64,000 bases of DNA from Octopus vulgaris. Taxonomy: Eukaryota. The DNA lies in contig OX597842.1 in NCBI GenBank assembly GCA_951406725.2, forward strand, positions 4,836,001-4,900,000. The letters run 5' to 3'. Positions 12,626 through 26,630 of this stretch are shown in pieces. Below the pieces are notes generated by a model that was given only the letters and a program-made list of their open reading frames with translations, was not told the DNA's origin and searched no databases. Made by a program: the position numbers and the translations under genes. How positions within the stretch are numbered: position 1 is the stretch's first letter; the number at the start of each line of letters is the position of its first letter.

Positions 12626-13241
12626 ACACAATTTTATTTTCCCATTGAGGTAGATATTCAAAAATTTTCCTTGACATTTTCCCACAAATGTAGAAGTATA
12701 TGTTCATTGTCCACTTAAATGCAACTCTCCTTTTGAGTGAGAAGCCTAACCATATGTATTTTATATCATCCTTGAAGTACAATGTCCTCTTTGCTATATT
12801 TCATTTACACCCACGTGCGCAGTCGTGTGTAATGTTTCGTGTCGGTTCCGTGTATGTGTGTGCATGTATGTATATATGTATGTCTTTGGCTTCTATGTAT
12901 CCGCCTACATTATATATGTATATATATTTTATAAATAAATGTACTTATCTTCTATCGGTTTTGCGGATTATAGCGTATGACTTGTTTTCGTAGATGTATG
13001 AATATAGGTGCAATTCTGCTCCATGCCCCCAATTTTTTTTTTTTTGAATTTTCAGAAAATTTTTGCGAATGTGTTTTACACACGGGTTTTTTTACGATTA
13101 TGCAAAAAAATAAGTTGTGATTGAAGGGCGATTTAGTTGTGTTTAGCAAATCCCACGACCACCTGATACATTCTCTTTGTCACTGATGTTTTTCCAGTGT
13201 TTTCCCCCCATGAACAAATTTAATGGTCCGTTGCTATATTT

Positions 13242-13341
13242 ATTTATTCTAAAACAATGTTGACGCTGACTTAAACGTTTCGGCCAGCTAAGCCGTTGGC
13301 CGAAACTCGGAAGTCAGTGTCAACATTGTTTAAGAATAAAT
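13242..13341. repeat. Near-perfect 100-nt inverted repeat (hairpin)
   Basis: 31-bp outer stem (one mismatch, one G-U), 4x4 internal loop, 10-bp inner stem GTTTCGGCCA/TGGCCGAAAC, 10-nt loop. Confidence 0.9.
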
Positions 13342-14129
13342 TACTCTACAAAAGTGTAGAGGAACCTCTTGTTTTTTATTATAACTGAATATAATTATAA
13401 AGTTGTGAGGACGCAGTCGGGGCGGTGTTTTAGCTAGCCATGTTTTAAGGAACGAACATTGCTTGTTCCACTTTTAACCCTCCATCTTTTTTTGGGGTGG
13501 GGGGGTGACAGTATTCCATCCGGATCAGCGATTCTTTGCTGAAGAGCAGTATGAAGTGTACCACAAATAAAAATGCCTGGAGATAGTTCAAATCCTGTTG
13601 GAACGAGCTTTCAAGGTATTAGAATATAAATATGGCTCTCTCCTTAAATATGTGATGATTCGAACGGCAGAAACGGAGCACCGGATTAAGTTCAGTCGAG
13701 GACATGCCAATCAGGGAAAACCTAGATAGTCGCTCTTCTAGAAATAGCAACCAGCTTACGGAAAGACGCATTTTTTTCCATCTTGAATTTTGAATGAAAA
13801 AAATTAAAGGAAAAGGATGGCCAGATTTGGAACGGCTTTTAATGTTAGTTCTACACTTGCGATATCACTGTGATAGGATTATCAGACTGTTGTGGGAGCC
13901 TTTCTCCACCATGCTTTTCACAAAAAAAAAAAAAAGCTTTACCGGCTTTCTGTGGGTTGTATGGGTCTAGCACACCCATAACACCTCACCATATGGTTTA
14001 GCTTAAATCCGGCGTCAGCTTGGCTCGAAGCAGATCTTTGATCAAAGTTCATTCATTGGATCTGCCGGCGGATGTATAATGATCATGGATCGCCCCTCCT
14101 TTGCGATTTTTTTTTTCACAGGAACATAT

Positions 14130-14932
14130 CGCTGGAAATTCCAAATCTGCAAAAAAAAAAAAAAATTGCATTTCAAAATTTTAATTTTCACTTTGAAAAA
14201 TTATTTTGGCGAAATACATAGAAAAATACGGAGATTATGGTTCTGAATAAAAATTTGTAAAATTTCAATTTTTCAAAAAAAACAAACAAAAAAACTCTTT
14301 CGCATTAAAGTGATATTAAAATGTTTTCTCTACTGTATAGAATGTACCCCCCTCCCCTAATTTCTTCATTTTTCACTTATTTTAGAAATATTTTTTTGGC
14401 AAAATTCGGAGATTACGATTCTCTAAAAATTGTTAGCAAAATTTCAATTTTTCGAAAATAAACACTCCTCCCCTCCACCTTATGACAAGGTAAATTTTCC
14501 CAAACACCTTCTTTGCCGGGCAAAGAATGAAAGTGCGTTTTTTTGGGAGGGTGGGGATCAAAATCTTAAGTACGCCCTAACCAGAAATCTTGATAAACTA
14601 GAAACAACAGCCAAACCGAGGACCAACTTTCTAAAAACGAATTACCAAAAACACAAAAACAAAATCTTAATGTGATTTTGTTGTATACCTCTCTTAATTC
14701 TAAACGAACCTCAACATGTTGCATTATGTTCGTAATGAAACAGAAAACGCTTCAATTTCACTTGTGATAGGGCGCAGGAGAGGGGATGTTTATTTATTTG
14801 AAATTTTACAGAATTATTTTCTACGTATTTCGCCAAAAAATTTATTTTGAAAAAGTGGAAATTTGGGGAAGGGGTGGGATTTAAATTTTGAAATGCAGAT
14901 TTTTTTTTTTTTGCGAATTCGGAATCTCCGCC
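14130..14932. mobile_element. Foldback/long-TIR non-autonomous DNA transposon (same family as 61703-62127)
   Basis: GGAAATTCCAAATCTGC(A)nTTGCATTTCAAAATTT..GGCGAAATAC is mirrored by GTATTTCGCC..AAATTTTGAAATGCAG(T)nGCGAATTCGGAATCTCC. The internal CTAGAAACAACAGCCAAA is shared with the 61.9-kb copy. Confidence 0.75.
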
Positions 14933-15217
14933 CTCGGTATATAGTGTGTTCTTGTAAAAAAAAAAAAAAAAAAAATCGCATGGAGGTGGTCCGTTATCGA
15001 CTTAACCATGTCTTGAGTTCAAACCTACCAGTTTTCGGTTACTTTCTACTGAGGTTAGTGAAAAGTAATATTAGTTAAGAACCAGTATAAATACCAAGCA
15101 GCACTAACCCTCTCCCCCGTCCCTTTAACATATTGGTGGACTGCCAGTATTGTATATAAATAGTTATTGCAGACAATTGGGATACAAGGGTGCGACAAAT
15201 ATCTGAATACTAGGGCT

Positions 15218-16159
15218 GGCATAGCTACAGATTTCTATCCTCCCCCGACTTTCAGAAAAATCGATGTTTTTTAATGAAAATGTCTACGAATATGTTACAT
15301 CATGTAGATTCCGAATGTACAAAATCTGGGGGGAGAGGATTTCGGAAAATTCAGAAATATATCTCGGACTATGTAGATTCCGAAGACAGGAATTTACAGG
15401 TTATTTTTGAGAACTGTTCCCCCCATGGGGATATTTCGGAACGAATCGTCCATATTGGTTTCATTTTCTCCGTTTTGTGCGTTTGTGCATCCGTAGATTT
15501 CTGCTGAAGCAAATAAACAGGCAATGACGACAAATGAAGCTCTCACCAGAAAACTCGTTATGCTAAGAATAACAGCTAAATGTCTAGTACACAGAGATAT
15601 GTTGAGACGACTTAGCTGTTGCATACGATTTTTTTTCACTTTAAATTTCCAGGTAAACGCTTAAAATAGAAAGAAGACACTAGAAGCAAAAATAAGGAAT
15701 ATACACTCACAGTTAAATATAGAAGTGTAAAGTATAATTTATTACATAATCTTTATAATAAACATGATATTCCCCGTTTGGACTTTTTAAAATTAGGTGT
15801 GTGTAAAAATCTACGGATGCACAAACGCACAAAACAGAAAATGAAACAAATATGGATGACTTGTTCCGAAAATAACCTCCAATTGTTTTCCCCCAAAATT
15901 CCTATGTTCTCGGAATCGACAGTCCGAGGTATATTTTGTAAAGAATTTCATTAAAAATATCCATTTTCTTGAAAGTTAAGACGAATTAAAGTATATACTC
16001 CGGTGAATTTTCCGAAACCCCCCTACCTCCCCAATTCTGTATATTCGGAATCTACATGATACAAAGCCAATATTCATAGAAAATTTCGTTAAAAAAAATA
16101 TCTATTTTTCTGAAATTTGTGAACATTCAAAAGTCGAGAGGTGGGGTTGTAGTTATGCC
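15218..16159. mobile_element. Long-TIR (~300 bp) foldback MITE with 8-bp TSD, possibly Merlin- or Mutator-type
   Basis: Termini GGCATAGCTACA / TGTAGTTATGCC. Arms 15218-15500 and 15806-16159 are inverted (e.g. GTTTTGTGCGTTTGTGCATCCGTAGATTT / AAATCTACGGATGCACAAACGCACAAAAC). Flanks CTAGGGCT / CCAGGGCT match 7/8. Confidence 0.8.
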
Positions 16160-16599
16160 CCAGGGCTAGTCGTTGCCTTGTAGTTGAAAGGCGTTCCCCT
16201 AATGACTGGCCCTGAAAGAGACGTGGTTAATTACGGAATATGTAATCTATTGATTCCGATTTCTTATTTGACAAATACTTGCTCCACCGTCAAAAAGCAT
16301 TCGTTTTGAAGTGAGAGGTGAAACTGAAATTCCGTCCTCAGTGCCCCTTATTAAGAGTCCACCAAGCTTATGTTTCATATGGGGCAGGGATGTTGTGATT
16401 TAAATGTGTACAGACAAAACAAATTTGCTGTGTTCAGTACAACAGCATTATGGATGTTTGGGGGTTATTGAACAGTTTAAACGTGAAAAAATCCCTTGTT
16501 CTGATTCCTTACGTTCTGAGTAAAAGTACTGTGACGGTAATTTTTTTCCAATCAGACTTCGAAATCGATTAATCTCATCTCGAAATTAGAAGTTTCTTA

Positions 16600-17100
16600 A
16601 AATTTATTTTAGTGGTGATAGTGGTGAGGGTTTTGGTATTTTGCCAGTTTTTAGAACCAATTGTTCTACGATCGCTGTTGTCTAAGATCTAATAACATTT
16701 GAATGTGATAACAGGATACTAGTTGGAAATTTAAAGGCTGCGGAGAACGGGTTCCAGTGATTTTAAAAATTTTATAGAGGTGGTTCGTCTATAGGTGTTG
16801 TATGGGTGGTTTGGGTTGAAGGAATGGCTTTTGGTGTCAACCTGATGGAACAAGATAGGTGACTTTCATTGGTGGAGTTTCGAAATGGATGTTTCTGTAT
16901 CTCATTGAGAGCACGGTTTCCTGTCCTTTTTTCCCTTGTGTTGCCGGAATTAAAATTCTTGGAAAATGGTTTTTTAATAAAAAAAATTCAATATTATACT
17001 TCCCACCACCACATTTTCCCGCTATTATGAGGTAAATGCTATTAATTTCGAAACAGCTTGTCATTCAACAATTAGGACTTTACATGCCTTCCCATATTTT
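16600..17100 (-). mobile_element. Possible very old Penelope-like RT remnant
   Basis: Fragmentary minus-strand translation loosely resembles the Penelope RT C-terminus (..NIHF..TYL..SG*HQK..HPYN). Heavily decayed; recognised by eye only. Confidence 0.3.
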
Positions 17101-17547
17101 TAAGACCTTTCCCTCCCCATATACATGATATATAGGATTTGGCTCCTATGAACGACCATATCTCAGTAATTCAATTTTTATCCAGAGCCGTGTTTCTGTA
17201 AAGCGCGTAAATGCTCTTTGAGGAAAACTCCATTTGTGAGCGTGGGAAGAAGGAAGTTTGGCTTGTATTAAACTACAAGACTGACAAATCAATTTATGTA
17301 AAAACTGGTATAAATCTTGTTACGTACTTTCGCTTAGTCAGTACTTAATATGATGGCTGCCGTTGAAATATTGGGTCTCATGGTTGTATACTGATGCTTC
17401 TACTTGGGAATTACTGGAAAAGTACACGTGTTTGGAATATTCAGCCATTTGGCACCCCTAATTCAAATAGATTTGTCTGAACAACACTCATACTTACAAA
17501 AAAAATAAGAACCAACGGGAGTGTTTCATCTGTTCTGTAATCAGTAT

Positions 17548-17580
<33 letters not shown>

Positions 17581-18465
17581 AATAGTAGGGGGAAGTTAAT
17601 TTTGTATGAGAGACTTTGTGGGGGTTTATTAACAGATGTCAAGCATTTGCGTCTACTATGCATATACATGTAGGTAAAAATAGAATAAAGGAGGTAGTTC
17701 ACATATAGCTCAGTTGAGAGAAATTCGTTAGACTGAAGGTTCAATCCCGGGTTTTGGCATCTAGCAGCTGATAGCTTTTTTTTTTTTTATAAGCGCAAGT
17801 GTGGTTATGTGGTTGAGCTTGCTTCCCAACCGTTTGGTCTTGGATTCAAGTCCCACTATGCGGCACTTGGACAAGAGCATTCTACAGCTCCGGCCTGACT
17901 TAAGTTGAGTGAGTGGATTTGGTAGACGGAAATAAAAACCTATGTGACCCACACCCGCTGCTTGACAACCGTGTTGGTTTGTGACTTAGCAGTTCGGTAA
18001 GAGGCAGTAGAATAAACACTGAGGGTGATTTCTTCGATAACCAGGCTCCAATATGACTCTTGGGGGTTCATAAAAAAGATTTTGTTGATGTTTATCTGCA
18101 CAATATTTTAACCATTTTATAAAATAGGATTTTTAAACATTGAATTGCTATGAGGCCCGTGTGAAATATGAATTAAGGGGTCCATAGGCAAAAAAAAAAA
18201 AAAAAGAAATGGTTGAGTATCACTGGATTAAACCTTCAAGGCAGTACTGCTTGAGCGCAGCTAATGACAAAAGAAGTAGATGGATGGTGACTGAATGACG
18301 TAAAGGTGTTCAAAATTTCTAGGTCATATTGTGTTTAAACAAGTTAAATGTTTTGATTCAAATTTCGATTCATCAGAGACCCCAGCTTTTGTGTATAAAT
18401 AAAATTTTGAAATAATTATGGTGTCACTTATCTCCTTTTTCTCTTCAATTCTTTATTTCCAACAG

Positions 18466-18510
18466 ATCTATCCAGCTACCTCTTCCATCTTTTTCTACCC
18501 TAGCAATACA
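18466..18510 (+). other. CNBP: Candidate 45-nt non-coding 5' UTR exon of CNBP-like gene
   Basis: Long pyrimidine tract ending TTTCCAACAG (AG 18464-18465), donor ACA|GTAAGG at 18511. Unique sequence, no ATG. Confidence 0.55.
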
Positions 18511-19169
18511 GTAAGGATTTGAACACTTTTTTTTGTGAATTTTCGAAACTTCGTTATATTTCAGGCATTAAGATTAAATATTCACTTCAAATCGATCGTG
18601 CCATTCCTTTTTCAGTTAAGATTGTTCTAAAAAAATCCTTTCTCCTCTGAGAAAGGAAATAACCATCTAGTGGAAGATATTGGCGGCTCAAGGCCAGGGA
18701 CCGCACCTGGTTCCATAGTCTGCTTTGGCTTCGTTTCTACGGTTAGATACCCTTCCTAACACCAATCATTTCACTGGGTGTTTTTTACGTGGCATCTTGG
18801 TTTTAGGAATTTCAATTGTTTTCGGCAGGCCTTGAGTCACATCTGTCATCTTCTTCATAAGGCTCAGTGTTTGAGATCAGTTTTCAGGAAGGTGGGGATA
18901 CTGGTAATATCTACGCATGCAAACAGACGATTGTGTTGAGCGATAATAAGATTGGAGTAAAGGTAAAGTTTAAAATGAGGCATGTCACTTCAAGAAAGTG
19001 GTCCTGTTTTGAACGTCAGGTTTCGACTTTGTCCTCCGGAGCACAGTCTATTTATATTGTGGACAACACTTTTGATGTGATGGTGCCGCGACCCAAATGC
19101 AGCTTTTTCGAATGACTCGCCCCAATTCAATGTAAATGGGCATTGTGGTGATAGTGTAGTAGCATAAAC

Positions 19170-19400
19170 GACAGCAAGATAATAAGGGGAAAATGAGTGT
19201 ATACAAGCGGCCGAAATGGGGTTTCTGAAGGATCTCTGGAGTAATGTTACATGACAGAGTATGTAGCTCGGTCTCTGCATTAAGAAAGAGGCCACAGGTC
19301 CGGTACTTCGGACAAACTAACCGACAGGAGACCTAGGGGTAGAACGAGATGGTTGGATAATGTGTTCTGGTAATCCAACTGGAGATGTTTGGTATGGATA
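19170..19400 (+). mobile_element. RTE-type LINE 3' fragment
   Basis: Translates IQAAEMGFL..ISGVMLHDRV..RPRG.., a typical RTE C-terminal region. Confidence 0.6.
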
Positions 19401-19722
19401 CGATACCTGAGAACTCTACCCCCACGACTCTACCAAGAGTAGTGGACGGAAACTTGTGTATAGTAGGGTGTGTGCATGGGAGAATAGTTAACTGTAGATA
19501 ATGGTTTCAATTGTTGATAAAAGGGCCAACAATTTCGGGAGAGAAGCGAAGTCGTTTATATCGCTCACTAATTCTAAATTGGTACTTAATTTACTGATCC
19601 CGAAAGGCTAAGTGGGCCATGGCGAAATTTGAACTAAACGTGAAGACGAACGAAATGCCGCTAAGTATTTTGCGCGGCGTACTCATGATTCTGCCAGCTC
19701 ACCGCCTTAACACACTCTAGAC

Positions 19723-19926
19723 CAGTGATTCCCAAGGTGGGGCGTACGCCCCACTGGTGGGGCCTGAGAAAATTCAGGTGGGGCGCGGGGCATAGACGTG
19801 GGCTGTGAAAATATTTGTACATGAAGAGCGGTACTTGTAAATGTGAGTGGACATGGGAAAAGGTGGGGCGTAAAAACTTTTGCTATGAAAAAGTGGGGCG
19901 CCGGGAAAAAAGGTTGGGAAACACTG
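19723..19926. mobile_element. hAT (Charlie/Buster-type) MITE, 204 bp
   Basis: TIRs CAGTGATTCCCAA / TTGGGAAACACTG (12/13). Perfect 8-bp TSD CTCTAGAC at 19715-19722 and 19927-19934, with central TA. Confidence 0.92.
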
Positions 19927-22900
19927 CTCTAGACAGTGACATAACAGGATGTTTGGTTCCATGGTCGATTAAAGTGTTCCAGTTTGTGGTCATTTCGTCC
20001 ATTATTCAATTACTATCACGGGTGTCTGTGTTTTTCGAAAAACCTACTGAATGTGATTTTGAGGGGGATTTGTCTTATTTCTAGCAAGTGAAGCAACAAA
20101 CCTAGTGGGGTACCCGTTATTAGGGTTACGGAGACAAAACAAATATACTTTCAGCCAGCAGTTTCGCATCGTAGCCCGTTTCGCTTGTTAACTTTTAATG
20201 GTCGCTACCAGCCTTTAAATGCGTGAAGCTCAGTTTCTCTGTTGTTGGGCCGAGAAAGCCTATGGTGAAAGGCATTTCAGCTATGACCATCATGCTTTTC
20301 CCTTGGTGCAGTGCTTTTGGGATCGCATTGTTTGGTATGTTCTTTACTAAGACAGTAGTGTGATTTGAAGGTGCTATAGTTATTTCTAGCAAGTTGTAGA
20401 GGCTCTCGTTGGCTCGTGTATATAAGATGGTTGGATGCAGTAAACTGATGTCTGGCTGAGTAACTGCGACTCTGTTTCCATTTCCAGCGGTATTGATCGT
20501 ACTTTAGCGTCAGGGTTTGACTCGTTTCTGTGCAAGTATCATTATTGCTGCAACGATAACTATTTTTTGAGAGGTTTCGAATCGTGCTTAGTTCAATTGA
20601 TCGGTCCCTCCTTCCAAATCTGATTTTCTACCTACGATAGAAATTAGTTACTGAGGTGGTGGCGGCTAATATTGTATATACTTTCTCCTCAATCCCGATA
20701 GGTCACTACTGATCTGTCTCTGGTAACAGAAATCTGCGGCACCCAGTTTATATGGTCCCACGAATGTGAAAGTGCTTATCCTTACAGTAGATGTTTTCCC
20801 GACAGGTGTGGCCATTGGGCCCCATTTGTGCAGCACCTTTTGGTACGTTTTTTGCCATAGCCTCGGACCGACTAGTCATGTGAATAGATTTGTTAGGCGG
20901 AAACTGGTAGCAGCAAATGAGTAGTACTTTGTATTTCAAAGGGCCAATCATGTCACATTCTGTGTGACGCTGAATCTCCTTGAGAACTTCTTTAAGGACA
21001 CGCGTCTGTGGAGTGCTCAGTCATTTGCGCGTTAATTTCACGAGCTGGCTGTCCCTTCTTCAAATCAACTGGAGCTCTAGTCGCCGTAACCGACGGAGTG
21101 CCAATACTAATATATATATATATAGCGTGTCTTTTTGTTTGTCCCTCACCACGCTTGGCAACCGGTGTTGGTTAGTTTGCGTTCCCGTAACTTGGCGGTT
21201 CGGCAAAAGAATAAATACGGGGATCTGGTTCATTCGACGAAACCCCCACGAGGTGGTGCCACACCCCCAGCATGGCCGCAGTCCAAAGATTGAAATAAGT
21301 GAGCGATAAGATTACAAAATGAAACTAGATTAAACGTGTACAGCGTACCACCGATCAGTTAGATATTAACCGAGGATCCGGTGTGACGTCATTTCGTTGG
21401 ATCCACAAAATATTTTGCTTGGAATGTTAGTAGTAGGTATAAGCGTGATTGTGATAAGTGCTTTCCAGCAACATTGTTACGGATTCTGTCCTTCAGCCCG
21501 AAGCACCTTGGTCAAATGCTTTCCCCTTTAGCTCCGGGCTGATCAAAGCATTGTGAATGGATATTTACCTGACAGAAAATGAAAGAAGCTCGCTGTGTGT
21601 GTGTGTGTACACTTGATAGTTGTAAATGAATTTCACTAGCACCGAAATATCTGGCGCCTCAAGATTCATCCTCAGCAGAAGTGTTAATGCCACTTCCACT
21701 GGTAAAGATGATTGACGTGCAAGAGCCCTGTGCCGGTTACACTTAAAATGCACCCACTACTACACTCTGTAATGTGGTTGGCATTAGGGATGGCATCCAG
21801 CCTTAGAAACCAAGTCGTACCGGTGTAGCTCTGCTCAAACTGCCCCATGCCAGCATGGAAAACGGATGTTAAATGATAATCAGTATCATTAATTTCCACT
21901 TCTCTGCGAGAACGTTTGACAATAGAGAAATTTATTAACCGGTCATAGACCTGCCTTAATAAATTCTGTCCGACCCGTGCAAGGGCGGAAAGGTGGAATC
22001 AAATGATTAACGGTAAAAATACACGAGATGCAAGGAACTTTCTTTACGTTGGTGTTCAAAATCCTTCACAGAGGCAAAGCAAAGCAAGGCAAGCCAAGCC
22101 ATAACAGGCGATGTCAGCCTCCCACTTCGGCCTCGCTCGCTGTGGTTAGGACATTCAGCCTTGGAACCTTTGCCTGTCCTATGTATCACACATGATACAT
22201 AGGACATATTTCTCTGGCATCCATGCATCATATATGACACACATCCCCAATTTTTTCTTTCAACTACTTAAAGCTTTATTATTACTCAGCATACAAAACT
22301 AAACAAGCATGGATGTTTATGGAAAACTTAGACAAGGCGAAGGATTAAAATTATTTTGGAATACAAAAAAAAAAGGTCGATTTTTGCCTTTTTCGATCCG
22401 AAAGGGTCGGTACCAGTCCAATACTGGGATCGTAATCCCCTCTCTAAGATTGCCGGTCCAATGTCAGAATTAGAACTAGTCGGACGATTAGCACTACCAG
22501 TTATTTTGTGTTGGGATTGCTAACCTTAAATGCATAATTTCCATTTCAGTTATTTTTATCTTCATGTGAAGTAAACCATGCTAAGTATGGAACCGAGTCA
22601 GACATCTATCTCATATAATTCAGCCTAGTTGGACCAGATACTTAATTCCATATCAGATCAGTTGTCCGAATATGTGTATCGATAATAGATTTTTTATTTC
22701 GTTTGATATAGTTGAAGCATAAAATATAGGCTGTTTTCCTCTCACATTGTATTTCTATGGCCTATTTCTAATGTGTATAGTTTGACATGCTGTTTAGGTG
22801 TCCCCTGCATTTGTCATAATAAAACCGACCTATTTACTTTGATAAAAGGCTTTCCGGTTGCGACCACATTGCTCAAATAGTATTAGGGAGGTTTTTGGTA

Positions 22901-23337
22901 GCTGTTTCTAGTAGGTCTAGTTACTGCGTAGTGGCTATTGATCATTTGCTGAGGAGTAGAGAGAGAGAAAGGTATCAAGGGTGAAGGATAGAGGAAGTGG
23001 TGTCCTTGAGTATCGGTAAGAGATGACTTAAGAGCGGGTAACATGAGTAGAGGGCATTACCTGTGTAAAATAGGTAGGGAGGGGTATGTTAGTGTTGGTT
23101 AAAGGAAGGGGAGGAGAGTAACTGAGGCAAGTTGCTATGACGTATGCGGTGGTAGTAGGAAGAGGAATCAGATACAAGTGGTTGGAGAAAGGTTGCGTGG
23201 TAGTACAAGTAATACGTTGGAGGAGGAGGGGGACTATTGACTGTTACTTGCTGTGTGTAGGTGTGATCTACGTGGGTATGAGTTCAATTTGCACCTGGAA
23301 ATTGCTAGTTTAGTTAGGTGACAGAACTATTCTGTCT

Positions 23338-23632
23338 GTCATCACTGGATTAGGAATGGATGCTGGGGTAAATGCTTATGGCTATTCTGTCCCCCTCCAT
23401 ATTTACACATACGTACACATATGTGTTGTGTGTGTATAGTCATCACTGGATTAGGAATGTATGGGTGGAGGGTGGGGAGAATACTTAGCGGAATTTTTTC
23501 CCACCTCCATATTTACATATACGCGTCGTGTGTGTGTATAGTCATCACTGGATTAGGAGTGGATGGCGGGGTAAATACTTAGCGGAATTTTGTCTCCCTC
23601 CATATTTACATATACGCGTCGTATGTGTGTAT
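23338..23632. repeat. Three tandem copies of a ~101-bp unit
   Basis: GTCATCACTGGATTAGGA..CTCCATATTTACA.ATACG..GTGTGTGTATA starts at 23338, 23439 and 23541, with divergence between copies. Confidence 0.9.
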
Positions 23633-25355
23633 AATTATATATGCAAAACTATTTTTATCCTTGTAAGTAGTATGAAGTCCAACATTGCCCAGCTAGACTG
23701 CATTTATTTTTGCATTAAAAAAAATGTTAACATGTCGTTTGAGGGAACTTTGGCTGTTATTTCTACTGTAGGTGCTACACGTAGAAAGCTCGCTCAGTGA
23801 TGGTGGTGTTGATGTTAATACATGTTAATTCCGATCCACCAGTTCCTATTAATTAGGAGCCTGTGACGATCAAAAAGAGGGCTAACAATTTGCCATGTCT
23901 AATACATTAAACTGCTTTTAAATTTGCCATGCATCATGGCGTAGAAGAATTATGTAAATTCTATATCTTCTACTTTATTAATAGAGGAAGGGTATTGTGA
24001 TCATCGTTATAGTTACTACAGCTCCACCATGATTTACGTGTATTTATCTTTTTAAAGTCAGGTTTGGTTCGACTGTCAAACTACAACATAGAACTAAATT
24101 TAAATGGCCGATTGTGGTGGTTTTAACCTTCCATATGTTACGCCAAATGACGCTGAGTAACAAGAGACTACATCGGTTTATGTGTATAAATGTATACGTT
24201 AGTTTTTAAACCTCGTTTTCGAATGTATAACTGGCATCCATATTTCTTTCTGTTATTGTTATTCGAATGACGGCTTGTAAAGTTTATGCCACTAAAGTTT
24301 ATACGCGTGTATAACAAAGTATACTTTATTTCTGTAACCGTTATTTTCAATCGAGTTGCTTTCTTTTACCTATTTAAAACCCCAGAGCCTTGTATAACGG
24401 AGGTTGCACATGGGTGCTACCTGGCGGATAAAACATTACACGAATTATGCCCCTTGATTTGTACATTACCTTCTGTCATTTTTCCTTTCATAAATAATTT
24501 CCTATTTGATGTTCGTAAAATCGAATTTGTTTTAAGCTTCAATCTCGTTTCCACTTGATTAGCATGTCTCGTACGCCCTACAGATCAGTAGATTAACTTC
24601 GTTATAGTCATCGACTTGTATTGCTCGGGGTGCCCGCTGTACATTGTTGAAAAATTCTCACATGTGCCCTTATTAAGTCGGACATTTTCCATCACTTTTT
24701 ACCCACTGTTCATAGTATCACTATGAAATGAACTTTTCAGGTAACTATGATTCTACGAACGTCAAATAGGAAATTACCTAATTTTACTGTCAACACATAC
24801 ATAACATCTTACGTGGTCATATTTATTGTAGTTTCAGCTCAGTGTTGAATTGACAATGTAATTGAAGCTGTAAGCCTCAAGCCTGCTTTGTTTCAGGACA
24901 ATAGTGTATTTTGGACTGTATTATCCAATATCCTCTTATGACTGGTGAGGGTTGACTGGAGGGAAATCTGGTTATTTCAAGTACGTAGTGAACAGCGCCC
25001 AAAGTTCTCCCTCTAGACAGCGATTCATTTTTTTGCCCGTTAATTCGTATTTTGCTCTCGTCGACCCTAAACATTCATTGCTTAAAGTAGTCCCATTATA
25101 ATTTTATAACTAAAATTTAAAACATTTTGAATTGGAAAAGTAAGCAGCAAAATCTTATATGGACCTCAGTTAAGAATCGCTGCTAGAGAGGGAGAACGTG
25201 GGTGACTGGATGCGCACGTGCGTTTGTGGAGTCAGGACCTCCATCACTTTCCTACGGGAAATTGATGGGGCACTGCCCTTTAATTCCAGACTCGACAAAA
25301 CTTTCTATAGGCCATTCGGGACTAGATAGATTGCTTCCTATTTATTATGATTATG

Positions 25356-25520
25356 AAGGCGGCGAACTGGCAGAATAGTACTCCGGCCAAAATGCCAAGC
25401 AGCATTTCGTTCGTCTTTCAGTTCAAAATCCGCCCTGAAGTCAATTTTACATTTCATCCTTTCGGGGTCGATGAAATAAGAACCAATTCAACACCAAGGT
25501 CGATGTAATCGACTTGACCA
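25356..25520 (+). mobile_element. SINE family D (other copies ~19540-19707 -, 35015-35180 +, 54512-54680 +)
   Basis: GGCGGCGAACTGGCAGAA head, GTTCAAA.TCC B-box, and a central TTTCATCCTTTCGGGGTCGAT.AAATAAG.ACCA motif that recalls a widely shared SINE central domain (superfamily not verified). Confidence 0.7.
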
Positions 25521-26224
25521 TTCCCAAAGTTACTTGTACATAAATTTAGGACCGTTATTACATAACAATTACGGAAAAGGTGAGCCTGTTTCAACAAGAA
25601 CCACAAGGCCCTTTACACGCTTAAAAGCTAATTCGTCTTTGCCCAGTATTCCTGGGCGGGTTGTGGCAGTAGTCCTCATGCACCTCATCCATAGGGTCCT
25701 ACGAGAGGCAACTGTCAGATTTTCCGGCTGGGTTCTCAAGCGTGATCAACTGGGACCATGAATATTATCCAATCATTTCATTCGTGATTTGAAGAATCCA
25801 TTTTTGTGATTTTCCTGTCACTTTAACTCGCATGTCCGCAATACCAGACCTGTGACGAGAAGTAGTGACTCGACCGGAAGAGAGACTCGGGTCTCTGAAC
25901 ATGTTTAGTTCAGGAACAGCTGCGATCGAGTTGACCTACTATCAGATACATTTCCATTTGTGAGCATTGTCATTTTCTTGCATGCAGGAAGTACGTTAAC
26001 CAGTGTTTTCCTTTATCAAGACGGTGGTTGGTTGTAAGTTCAAGATTAGCTGCTGTTTCTAGCAGGTGGAGCGACCACGTAGCTCCCTTGGCTAGCTTAC
26101 TTTATTTGATGGCATTTGATACCCCCCCCCTCCTGCGCCAAGCAGACTTCCAAACGAAAAAAAAAGAAGAAAAAAACTTCTTTTTTGCGGCCTGCTTCTC
26201 GAAAAAGGTTGCCACGAATCCGAG

Positions 26225-26630
26225 CCATTAAAAAAATTGGGTTATCTCCCCACTAAAAAAAAAATCGTGTTATGTGGCAACAAGAGATTGGATTAAAAAA
26301 TCTTTTTGATTCACTACTTCAACACATTGTTGACGTTTATATTTCAGATCAGTAAAATGCTTAATTTTTTCAGTTTCTATGTTTATTAATTTTTTCGTTT
26401 TCATGTTAATTAATTTTCTTCAGTTTTGTATGAATTGTTATAAAAATATTACCACATTCAAAACGATGTTCATTTTATGTTGCTTTATCCCCCCCCCTCC
26501 CATTTTTTTTTATTGAGGGTTAAACAATCTTTTTAGTTGGAGATAACCAATCGTACCGATATTTCTCGTTAAACGGGGGTGGGGAGATAACCCAATTTTT
26601 TAATGGAGGTGAGATAACCAAATAGTACCG
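26225..26630. mobile_element. Small MITE-like element with ~28-bp inverted repeats
   Basis: CCATTAAAAAAATTGGGTTATCTCCCCAC (26225-26253) vs GTGGGGAGATAACCCAATTTTTTAATGG (26579-26606). Confidence 0.6.
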
